DNA of 32,000 nt from Wolbachia endosymbiont of Cimex lectularius. Its GTDB lineage: Bacteria > Pseudomonadota > Alphaproteobacteria > Rickettsiales > Anaplasmataceae. Position numbers and translations under genes: made by a program. The notes beneath the pieces were generated by a model. That model saw only the letters and a program-made list of their open reading frames with translations, was not told the origin of the DNA and did not search any database. This document shows, piece by piece, positions 19,655 through 27,565 of the stretch (positions within the stretch are counted from its first letter, which is position 1; every line of letters starts with the position of its first letter). The stretch covers positions 720,001 through 752,000 of the forward strand of contig NZ_AP013028.1 in the NCBI RefSeq assembly GCF_000829315.1, read 5' to 3'.

Positions 19655-20062
19655 ATGAAAATTGAGCATACTACGTCCCCAAACAATAGAGATATTGAAT
19701 TCCTGTCCAAAAAGATCAGTGAAGAAACCGCCAATAAAAGCACATGTAACCCATTCGCTTTTTTTATTCACGATGATGCTAGACAAATTATTGCAGGCTG
19801 TGGCGGTTTTATTATCTATGGTTCAATTTACACTGATCTGCTTTGGGTGCATCACTACCATAGGAAAAAAGGTATGGGAAAGCAGTTAATGGAAAAAGTT
19901 CATGATTATGGTCGAGAAATGCACTGTAAAATAGCAACTGTTGCAACCATGAATTTTCAGAGAGTAAGAGCATTCTATGAAAAACTTGGATATGAGTGCG
20001 ATCTTGTACGCCCAGGGTATGTTGGTGGAGCAACATGTATATTTTTGAAGAAAGTATTGTAG
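19655..20062 (+). CDS. GNAT family N-acetyltransferase
   Basis: 135 aa from ATG 19655 (ggagg lies 8 nt upstream). Acetyl-CoA binding motif A LWVHHYHRKKGMGKQLMEKV and C-terminal FYEKLGYE. Confidence 0.8.
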   Translation: MKIEHTTSPNNRDIEFLSKKISEETANKSTCNPFAFFIHDDARQIIAGCGGFIIYGSIYTDLLWVHHYHRKKGMGKQLMEKVHDYGREMHCKIATVATMNFQRVRAFYEKLGYECDLVRPGYVGGATCIFLKKVL

Positions 20063-20140
20063 TGCGCGGTATTTCTAACGTTGGTGATACCAATTCCACT
20101 ACACAGAAAGCGGACAGACAACAGTGGAAAAAAGCTACCC

Positions 20141-20595
20141 AATAGAAACAAAAAAACTACTTGACAAACTCCTTTAGTTCCCTTATCATAGTGTTGAAGC
20201 TATTTGTTTAACTTCCCAATCTGTACAGGTTAAAATGACAAGAGAGCTTGTATTTGGCGTACTATTGTTTAATTTTTCGCACTATGTGCACTGCATGTCT
20301 TTTTAAAACTTCGGGTTTTTACCCATACAAGCTGAAACGCGCTTATAAGTCGTTTAAGACATCACCCAACGCCGGATTTTAAAATAGAGAGTGGAATAAC
20401 TAGCTACCTCGGGGTTTTATTGTCCTTTTTCTCTGTCTGGTAAATTTCTTAAATATTATAGCTTAGACTAGTTGCGTTTAAAAGCAGCTAAATTTCAGCA
20501 TTTAAGACATAAAAACGCCAATACTAAAAATAAATACCGACCAGGGCTTCTTTTGCTTTTTTCTCCATTTGGTAAGTTTCTTAAGTATTTATTAC
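20141..20595 (+). repeat. Promoter-bearing modular repeat, copy D (modules P-S-T-T)
   Basis: aatagaaacaaaaaaactacTTGACA-17-TATCAT, S module 20256-20308, T module 20331-20460, and a second T module at about 20490-20595. By eye, closely similar to copy E across the S and T modules. Confidence 0.85.
20161..20189 (+). promoter_or_regulatory. Near-consensus sigma70 promoter in repeat copy D
   Basis: TTGACA 20161-20166, 17-bp spacer, TATCAT 20184-20189. Confidence 0.55.
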
Positions 20596-20603
20596 TAAAG
20601 TAG

Positions 20604-20642
20604 TATCCTGGAATGACAAGAAGGGAGTACTTGGATGACACA
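20604..20642. repeat. Hairpin-repeat fragment
   Basis: tatcctggaatgacaagaagggagtacttggatgacac matches the ..gggatgacaagaaagggaatacttggatga portion at 10793-10822. Confidence 0.7.
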
Positions 20643-20823
20643 CTTTGTTGTGAGCTCACTTTTACTCTATGATTACCTTTTTAGAGCATCTTGTCTATCC
20701 ATTTCACCATTACGCTGAAATGGTACTTTCCTGTGATTTCAAACATTCGGTAAGTGTACAGTCCGCACAGGTTACAAGGTAAAGAAACAACGTCTACGAG
20801 TAAAATTTCACATTACCACTTTT

Positions 20824-21618
20824 ATGTGTTATAATAAGCTTAAATTTATAAGAAAAACGAAGTTGGAAAAGTTGGAGGAATTAAGAGAAAACTGGATAGC
20901 AAGAATAGGAAGATTTTTATCTTCATTGTTCTTTTTACTGCTGATCGCGTTATCAATACGTAGTTTTTTATTTGAGCCATTTCATATTCCTTCTGGTTCG
21001 ATGAAAAGCACTTTGCTTGAAGGGGATTATATTTTTACTAGTAAATATTCATATGGTTACAGTAAGCACTCCTTTCCATTTTCTCCTAATATTTTCAGCG
21101 GCAGGATCTTTTATATCCCTCCAAAGCGTGGTGACATAATAGTTTTTAAACCTACGAAAAACGACAGCATCAGATTTGTTAAACGAGTAATAGGAGTACC
21201 AGGCGATAAAGTGCAAATGATAGAGGGAGAATTATACCTAAATGATCAGAAGGTAAAGCGAAGGCAAATTGAAAGTTTTTTTGATTATGAATCAAGTCGC
21301 AGTATACCAAGGTATATAGAAACACTCCCAGATGGAAGGAAACATGAGATTTTGATAGATAATGTTTCCAATAAGCTATCATATAATACTCCGGTTTACT
21401 ATGTACCTAACGATCAATTTTTTGTTATGGGAGACAATAGAAATAATTCTTTTGACAGTAGATTTCCTGAAATTGGTTTTGTATCAATGGAAAACATAAT
21501 TGGGCGTGTGGGCATAGTTGGTTTATCGTTTAAATTGGGGAAGATTGATTGGTTGCCATTTAATTTTAGAATACCTGTTGCTCTGAGATTTGACAGGATA
21601 TTGCACAAGGCTGTGTAA
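20824..21618 (+). CDS. lepB: Signal peptidase I
   Basis: N-terminal TM segment. S26 motifs IPSGSMKSTL (Ser nucleophile), FVKRVIGVPGD (Lys) and VMGDNRNNSFDSR. Confidence 0.92.
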   Translation: MCYNKLKFIRKTKLEKLEELRENWIARIGRFLSSLFFLLLIALSIRSFLFEPFHIPSGSMKSTLLEGDYIFTSKYSYGYSKHSFPFSPNIFSGRIFYIPPKRGDIIVFKPTKNDSIRFVKRVIGVPGDKVQMIEGELYLNDQKVKRRQIESFFDYESSRSIPRYIETLPDGRKHEILIDNVSNKLSYNTPVYYVPNDQFFVMGDNRNNSFDSRFPEIGFVSMENIIGRVGIVGLSFKLGKIDWLPFNFRIPVALRFDRILHKAV

Positions 21619-21621
21619 ACT

Positions 21622-23583
21622 CTACCTATTTGTCAATTCACACAATTCTAAGGAAGAGTTTTCTAACTTGGCGATAGCATTATTGATTTCACTCAAATCA
21701 TTTCCTTGTAAAGCTTTTTTTGCGTTTTGCAGTAGATTTTTTAACCTTTGATCAGAGGAAAGACTATTATCGTTTTCAATCAAATGTATGAGTTTGTTGC
21801 CATTAATTTTAGCTTCTGCAAGGGAACGGGCCTTCATATCTTCATCAAAGTTGTTTATTGACTGGTTAACCATATCTTGAACATCGGCTTCACTTAAGCC
21901 AAAACTTGAATTTATTTCAACTACTTGCTCAATCCCAGTGGTTTTTTCTCGTGCAGTAACAGTCAATATTCCGTCAACATTAACTGTGAACTCTATCTCA
22001 ACTCTTGCAGAACCTGCAGGCAGTGGTGGTATACCTTTGAGTTCAAACTGCGCTAGAGATTTGTTATCTTCTATCATTTCACGTTCTCCCTGACAAACGT
22101 GAATTTTCATTGCCGTTTGCCCATCGACATAAGTTGTAAACTCTTTTGTTTCTGAAACTGGCAATGGCGTATTTCTTGGTATGATTTTTTCAACTATTCC
22201 TCCCATAGTTTCTATGCCAAGTGATAAAGGTAAAACGTCCAAGAGAATGTTCCTATCTTTTGAGCTTGAAGTTAAATAATGAGCCTGCAAGGCTGCCCCA
22301 ATAACAACTGCTTTATCTGGATCTACATCATTCAGTACCTTATTTCCAAAGAGCTTGACTAGTGAGTCGTGAACTAATGGCACTCTAGTTGCACCACCAA
22401 CTAAAATTACTCCTTTTATGTCATCAATTTTAAGATCTATATCGTCTATAGTACGAGTAACTATATTGACAGTCTTATTAACCAAGGGACTTATTGCTTG
22501 CTCGAATTCTTCTTTGGTAATTTCGCATTTAAATAATACACCATTAGCAGCACAATCTGGTGTCATTCCAGCGCGTGACGCTGGAATCCACATATTTTTT
22601 CTTTCCTGGATCCCAGTGTCAGCTACTTGGATGACAGGAGAAAGTCTAATATTAAATTTAAAAGTACCTGATGTATTTTCACTTAGGTATTCTTTTACAG
22701 TACGTAATTCAATAAGTGATGGCCCTGCCATACAAGTAGCTGACGCTGGAATCCAGTTCTTATTATATAACTTTCTGGTATGTTCATTTGCAATCAAGTT
22801 TTCTGGATCCCAGTGTCTGGGCACTGGGATGACACTTTCGGTTGAACCCACCTGTTCTCTATACTTATCGAGCACGATTGAACTTAGCAGATGGTCAAAA
22901 TCATCACCACCAAGTTTGGTATCACCACCAACTGCAAGAACTTGAAACACTCCTTGGTGTAATTTCAATATTGAAATATCAAATGTTCCGCCACCGAGGT
23001 CATAAACTGCATATATTCCACTGTTGTTGTTCTTTTCAATCGAATAAGAAAGCGCGGCGGCGGTTGGCTCGTTAATAAGGCGCAGAACTTCTATACCAGC
23101 TAATTTCGCTGCATACTTAGTTGCATTACGTGCTGGATCGTCAAAGTAAGCTGGCACAGTAATCACTGCTTTTTTTACTTCTATTCCCGTAGACTTTTTT
23201 ACCCTCTCACATAGAGCTTTCAATATCTCAGCAGATATTTCAACAGGAGTAAGATATTTCTCCTCTGCGCATTTTACCCTAATAACTTTTTCACTTTCGT
23301 TATCTATTTCAAAATTAACGCCTTCTTTGTGCAAGTCTTCAACACTTTTACCCATTAGGCGTTTTATCGAGTAAATTGCATCTGGGCCAACATCGTAGCC
23401 GATTTTCAATATGTTATTTTCATATGAAAGAGTAGAAGACAGTAGCTCACGTCCTTGTTCATCTTTAAATATCTCCACGTCACCAGCTTTATTCACTATA
23501 GCAATTAAAGAATTGGTAGTGCCGAGGTCTATACCAAACACTGTTTCATTTGAATTTGGTTCAGAAATTTGTATTGGCTGCAT
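21622..23583 (-). CDS. hscA: Fe-S cluster assembly chaperone HscA (Hsp70 family) carrying in-frame repeat insertions
   Basis: 653 aa. Hsp70 motifs GIDLGTTNS, DLGGGTFD and VILVGGATRVP. Sits last in the iscU-iscA-hscB-hscA cluster. Confidence 0.93.
   Translation of the reverse strand: MQPIQISEPNSNETVFGIDLGTTNSLIAIVNKAGDVEIFKDEQGRELLSSTLSYENNILKIGYDVGPDAIYSIKRLMGKSVEDLHKEGVNFEIDNESEKVIRVKCAEEKYLTPVEISAEILKALCERVKKSTGIEVKKAVITVPAYFDDPARNATKYAAKLAGIEVLRLINEPTAAALSYSIEKNNNSGIYAVYDLGGGTFDISILKLHQGVFQVLAVGGDTKLGGDDFDHLLSSIVLDKYREQVGSTESVIPVPRHWDPENLIANEHTRKLYNKNWIPASATCMAGPSLIELRTVKEYLSENTSGTFKFNIRLSPVIQVADTGIQERKNMWIPASRAGMTPDCAANGVLFKCEITKEEFEQAISPLVNKTVNIVTRTIDDIDLKIDDIKGVILVGGATRVPLVHDSLVKLFGNKVLNDVDPDKAVVIGAALQAHYLTSSSKDRNILLDVLPLSLGIETMGGIVEKIIPRNTPLPVSETKEFTTYVDGQTAMKIHVCQGEREMIEDNKSLAQFELKGIPPLPAGSARVEIEFTVNVDGILTVTAREKTTGIEQVVEINSSFGLSEADVQDMVNQSINNFDEDMKARSLAEAKINGNKLIHLIENDNSLSSDQRLKNLLQNAKKALQGNDLSEINNAIAKLENSSLELCELTNR
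22568..22835. repeat. Three hairpin-repeat insertions inside the hscA reading frame
   Basis: ggtgtcattccagcgcgtgacgctggaatcc and ggatcccagtgtcagctacttggatgac at 22570-22655. gctgacgctggaatccag at 22740-22765. ctggatcccagtgtctgggcactgggatgac at 22803-22833. They translate as VIPVPRHWDPENL, NWIPASATCMA and SPVIQVADTGIQERKNMWIPASRAGMTPD. Confidence 0.85.
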
Positions 23584-24019
23584 TTTTCTTCATTTCCTCA
23601 AATGACTTATATAAATATTTCAATCTCAAAACTTGCGTAGTAGCTTCATCAAAATTCTTTGTAGCGAAAGCATTAATTAGGCTTTTAGTGCAATCTTTTA
23701 CCTTTTCATCAATCATCCTACCTGCAAATTGTAGATCATCACAGTCTAGCAAATACTCTCTTATTTCCATTGATTCATTCAATATTTCAGAATTTAGATG
23801 ATCCTTTTGGCTTTTCACCCCAAAAAGATCCAGCAAATGCTCGGCACGTTTTAGTGGTGACTTGAGCACTTGATAAGCTTTGTTTATATTTTCCATGTTT
23901 TTGGACTCTCCTTCATTTATGTCAGCTCTGCTGAGCTCAATGTATTTTTTCTCTAGCTCATCAAAGCTGATGTTGAAAGCTGGTTCGATTTCAAACAATG
24001 TAAAATAGTTGCTAGACAT
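23561..24019 (-). CDS. hscB: Fe-S co-chaperone HscB (J-type) with no HPD tripeptide
   Basis: 153 aa from ATG 24019. NYFTLFEI.. start and ..INKAYQVLKSPLKRAEHLL match the HscB J-domain helices, and the C-terminal helical domain is present. The start overlaps the iscA stop (ATGTCTAG). The ORF-track extension to 24118 is rejected. Confidence 0.8.
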   Translation of the reverse strand: MSSNYFTLFEIEPAFNISFDELEKKYIELSRADINEGESKNMENINKAYQVLKSPLKRAEHLLDLFGVKSQKDHLNSEILNESMEIREYLLDCDDLQFAGRMIDEKVKDCTKSLINAFATKNFDEATTQVLRLKYLYKSFEEMKKNAANTNF

Positions 24020-24416
24020 GAAAACTCTCTCCACAACCACATTTTCCTTTCTCGTTAGGGTTTTTGAAAACAAAACCAGATGAGAGTTTTTCCTCCACGT
24101 AATCCATTTCAGAGCCAAGGATAAACATGACAGATTTTGGATCGATCAATATCTTGACTTTTTGGCCATCACTGCAGCTTTCTTCAATTACTGACTCTAA
24201 AGGACGAATATCGTAGGCGTATTCAATATCGTATTTCAAACCAGAACATCCCTTTTGTTTAATTAGAACTCTTATTCCTATTGCTTCTTCTGATTTCTCA
24301 AGGTTAGTATGCTGTTTTCGATCCAATAAATGTCTTATCCTTTCCACTGCATTTGCAGTGATAGTGATAAGTTTTTTATCTTTCTTCGCAGCATTTACTC
24401 CTTGATATTTACTCAT
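24012..24416 (-). CDS. iscA: Iron-sulfur cluster assembly accessory protein IscA/HesB family
   Basis: 134 aa. Cys in GCSGLKY and the C-terminal CGCGESFHV signature. Confidence 0.9.
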   Translation of the reverse strand: MSKYQGVNAAKKDKKLITITANAVERIRHLLDRKQHTNLEKSEEAIGIRVLIKQKGCSGLKYDIEYAYDIRPLESVIEESCSDGQKVKILIDPKSVMFILGSEMDYVEEKLSSGFVFKNPNEKGKCGCGESFHV

Positions 24417-24418
24417 AG

Positions 24419-24799
24419 CTATTTTTGTTTATTTTGGTAATCATGAATAGCAGCTTTTATAGCGTCTTCGGCAAGCACTGAGCAGTGTATCTTTACTGGA
24501 GGCAAAGACAACTCCTCCACTATTTGCGTGTTTTTTATCTTCGTTACATCCTCAATAGTTTTTCCTTTGATCATCTCTGTGAGCAAAGAGCTCGAAGCGA
24601 TAGCAGAACCACAACCGAATGTTTTAAATTTTGCATCTTCAATAACGCCTTTGTCATTGACCTTTATTTGCAATTTCATAACATCGCCGCATGATGGCGC
24701 ACCCACCAAGCCAGTGCCAACATTTGGATCATTTTTATCCAGAGAACCAACATTCCTTGGATTTTCGTAATGATCTAAAATTTTCTCATTATAACTCAT
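24419..24799 (-). CDS. iscU: Fe-S cluster scaffold protein IscU
   Basis: 126 aa. GAPSCGDVMKL, FKTFGCGSAIASSS and IHCSVLAEDAIKAAI carry the three conserved Cys ligands. Confidence 0.93.
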   Translation of the reverse strand: MSYNEKILDHYENPRNVGSLDKNDPNVGTGLVGAPSCGDVMKLQIKVNDKGVIEDAKFKTFGCGSAIASSSLLTEMIKGKTIEDVTKIKNTQIVEELSLPPVKIHCSVLAEDAIKAAIHDYQNKQK

Positions 24800-24825
24800 A
24801 GAATTACCCGTAAACCATTACTTAC

Positions 24826-24834
24826 ATTATAACA
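24826..24834 (-). promoter_or_regulatory. Candidate extended -10 (TGTTATAAT) for the iscU-iscA-hscB-hscA operon
   Basis: The minus strand reads tgttataat 27 nt upstream of the iscU ATG. The -35 is weak. Confidence 0.3.
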
Positions 24835-24985
24835 TATTTAGATTGAAAATTAAAGTGAAATGCACTCAAAAAGGGTAATTTTTGTAAAGTAAAATATGTG
24901 GTTTGCTAGTGCATTTTTCTTTACAAATACTCGTAGTGCGTGTCATTCTCTATATTAAGTTTGTAATTTTAAAAGGAGTATTTGC

Positions 24986-25897
24986 TTGAATTTGTTTAGT
25001 AACCTTTATAAAGGCCTGTTGAAAACTTCTTCGCGCTTTAGCGATGGAGTAAAGAGTATTTTTTCTGGCAAAAAAAAATTAGACCAGTCGCTTCTAGATG
25101 AGCTGGAAGAGCTGCTAATTAGCATGGATATCGGTCATAAAACTTCTAAGTTGATTATTGACAGGCTCACAAGCATCAAGTTTGACAAGGAACTTGAGCA
25201 TAACATCATCACACAGCAGTTAATGAACGAGATAGAAGCTATACTAAACCCTGCTGTGCAACCGCTAATTTTAAACAAAAAGCCACATATAATAATGGTA
25301 TGCGGAGTAAATGGTAATGGTAAAACCACAACTATAGGTAAGCTCGCGTATAAATATAAGGAAATGGGAAAATCTGTTATGCTTGTTGCGTGCGACACAT
25401 TTAGAGCTGCTGCTAGTGAACAGTTAAATATCTGGGCAGAACGTTCTGGTTGCTCCATTGTTACTGGAGAGTACGGTAGCGACTCTGCAAGTGTGGCATA
25501 TAGAGCTGTAAGTCAAGCTATAAAAGACAACGTTGATGTTGTTCTGATTGATACAGCAGGCAGGCTACAAAATAACGTGAATCTTATGGAGGAGTTATCA
25601 AAAATATATAGAACGATAAAGAAATTGGATGATACTGCTCCTCATGATGTTATTTTAGTTCTTGATGCAACCACCGGCCAAAATGCTTATAGCCAACTAG
25701 AGGCATTTAGCAAGATGGTGAGTGTTACTGGGCTAATCGTAACCAAGTTAGATGGCACTGCTAAGGGCGGAGTAGTGATTGGACTTGCGGAAGCTTATAA
25801 GGTGAAGTTACATGCTATAGGAATTGGCGAGGGTATAGAGGATCTTAGGGAGTTTACTAGTAAAGAATTTGCTGAAGCACTATTTAACTGTGATTGA
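24986..25897 (+). CDS. ftsY: Signal recognition particle receptor FtsY (short, NG domain only), TTG start
   Basis: 303 aa. SRP GTPase motifs GVNGNGKTTTIGKLA, DTAGRL and TKLDGTAKGG. AAGGAG lies 7 nt upstream of TTG 24986. Confidence 0.92.
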   Translation: MNLFSNLYKGLLKTSSRFSDGVKSIFSGKKKLDQSLLDELEELLISMDIGHKTSKLIIDRLTSIKFDKELEHNIITQQLMNEIEAILNPAVQPLILNKKPHIIMVCGVNGNGKTTTIGKLAYKYKEMGKSVMLVACDTFRAAASEQLNIWAERSGCSIVTGEYGSDSASVAYRAVSQAIKDNVDVVLIDTAGRLQNNVNLMEELSKIYRTIKKLDDTAPHDVILVLDATTGQNAYSQLEAFSKMVSVTGLIVTKLDGTAKGGVVIGLAEAYKVKLHAIGIGEGIEDLREFTSKEFAEALFNCD

Positions 25898-27233
25898 AGA
25901 TTTCTCTTAGCTCCTTTATGTGACCAAGCTTAATTATTTTGATATCGTGGGAAGAGTAATTGCCATTTTTAGGCATAATCGCTTTTTTGAACCCCAGTTT
26001 TTGCGCTTCTTTGAGCCTTAGGTCAGCATGTGAGATGTTTCTAATCTCGCCTGAAAGTGCAACTTCGCCACAAATTATTGAAGAAGTTGGTAGCGGTAAA
26101 TTTACTATGCTTGAAAAAAGGGAAGCAGCAACAGCAAGATCAGCCGATGGCTCTTGTATTTTCAGTCCTCCCGCAATGTTCAAATACACTTCTTTTTTCT
26201 GTAAAGACATCTCACAACGAGCATTTAATACTGCAATGATCATGGCTGATCGATTAATGTCCCATCCAACCACTGCTCTTCTTGGATTTTCTATGTTCGT
26301 TCCCGCTATCAATGCTTGAACTTCCATCAAAATCGGTCTTGAACCCTCAATTCCTGCAAATACAGCGCTGCCAACAACTTTTCTATCATCATTATTTCCT
26401 GCTAGAAATAATGATGATGGATTATCGATAGGTACAAGTCCTGCTTCAGACATCTCAAAAATACCAATTTCATTTGCAGGGCCGAATCTATTTTTAATAG
26501 CACGCAAAATGCGATATTGATTGCTATTTTCACCTTCAAAATATAGCACTGTGTCCACCATATGTTCTAAAGTTTTAGGTCCAGCTATTTGCCCATCCTT
26601 AGTTATATGACCAACTACTAAGAGGGAAACACCATGTTGTTTTGCAAGAATGGTTAATTCATGGGCGCAAGTGCGAACCTGATTTACAGTTTCTGGAGCT
26701 GATGTAATTTTGCTATCATACATCGTTTGTATGGAGTCAATAATTAAGAATTTTATATTTCTATTTTCTCTTATCGTTGTCACTACATCAGCTAAAGATA
26801 CTGTAAATAAAAGCTTAATTTTAGGCTCATTTATCTTAAGGCGTTTTGCTCTGAGGCTCACTTGTTCCAAAGATTCTTCGCCGGACACATAAAGACACTC
26901 GAGAGAGGAAAGTTGTGCAACGCTAGCTGCAATTCTAAGCAAAAGGGTAGATTTTCCAATTCCAGGTTCGCCACCAATTAAAATGCTTGCACCTTTAACA
27001 ATACCATCTCCAAAAACTCTATTTAATTCCTCTATTCCTGTTAAAAGACGATCCGGGGTAGTGATTTCACTACCTGATAACGCCTTTATTGAAATTGGCG
27101 CAGATGTACTTTTTGTTTCTGTTCTTACGACTATTTCTTCAACAACTGTATCCCAATTATCACACGCAATGCACCTTCCTACCCACCTGCCAGTGCTATG
27201 ACCGCAGGATTGACATATATATACAGTTTTCAT
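25884..27233 (-). CDS. radA: DNA repair protein RadA/Sms
   Basis: N-terminal zinc ribbon CQSCGHSTGRWVGRCIAC, Walker A GGEPGIGKSTLL, KNRFG motif and a Lon-like C-terminal domain. ATG 27233 is preferred over TTG 27257. The 3' end overlaps ftsY by 14 bp. Confidence 0.92.
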   Translation of the reverse strand: MKTVYICQSCGHSTGRWVGRCIACDNWDTVVEEIVVRTETKSTSAPISIKALSGSEITTPDRLLTGIEELNRVFGDGIVKGASILIGGEPGIGKSTLLLRIAASVAQLSSLECLYVSGEESLEQVSLRAKRLKINEPKIKLLFTVSLADVVTTIRENRNIKFLIIDSIQTMYDSKITSAPETVNQVRTCAHELTILAKQHGVSLLVVGHITKDGQIAGPKTLEHMVDTVLYFEGENSNQYRILRAIKNRFGPANEIGIFEMSEAGLVPIDNPSSLFLAGNNDDRKVVGSAVFAGIEGSRPILMEVQALIAGTNIENPRRAVVGWDINRSAMIIAVLNARCEMSLQKKEVYLNIAGGLKIQEPSADLAVAASLFSSIVNLPLPTSSIICGEVALSGEIRNISHADLRLKEAQKLGFKKAIMPKNGNYSSHDIKIIKLGHIKELREIFNHS

Positions 27234-27361
27234 AAAAGCTAAAGTTGTTTTTCGCAATTGTAATAAAGATTAGTTAAATATATGATAAACATTAAGCCCT
27301 AGATGTATAGTTCCAGGGTGTAATAACGCAACATAGAGAGATTGTCATTGAAGGAGGAGTT

Positions 27362-27490
27362 AAATCTCTTACATAACCTGCTTTCTGATTTTGCGTCAAA
27401 ATTTGCTTACACTTTTCCCAAGTATTCTGCAGTGCTCATCTGCGTTTCTCCTAAAAATTCCTCACCATAAACTGGTTGTGCAAGAGATCC
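27362..27490. repeat. Small (~130 bp) element bounded by imperfect terminal inverted repeats (MITE-like)
   Basis: aaatctcttacataacc (27362-27378) pairs with ggttgtgcaagagatcc (27474-27490). Pieces recur at 7190-7245 (gttttgacgcaaaatcggaaagaggttatgcaagagatct), 13628-13645 and 31760-31812. Confidence 0.55.
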
Positions 27491-27565
27491 ATTATAGCGC
27501 AATTATGGGTACTTTGCGCATGCATGGATTTTAACATAATCTAATGAGCAGTTAGTTGAGATTGC

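Noticed and set aside
20235-20306. Small ORF (23 aa, MTRELVFGVLLFNFSHYVHCMSF) across the S module of repeat copy D
   Set aside because: Copies A, C and E carry indels in the same segment that change the frame or add stops, so no peptide is conserved. The conservation is at the nucleotide level.
20700-20727. Hairpin ccatttcaccattacgctgaaatgg upstream of lepB as a terminator or riboswitch
   Set aside because: It is an 8-bp stem with no following U-tract and no recognisable riboswitch core, so the evidence is insufficient.
24020-24118. N-terminal extension of hscB overlapping iscA
   Set aside because: It lies inside the iscA coding region in another frame. HscB homology starts at MSSNYFTLF (ATG 24019), which gives the typical 8-nt overlap.
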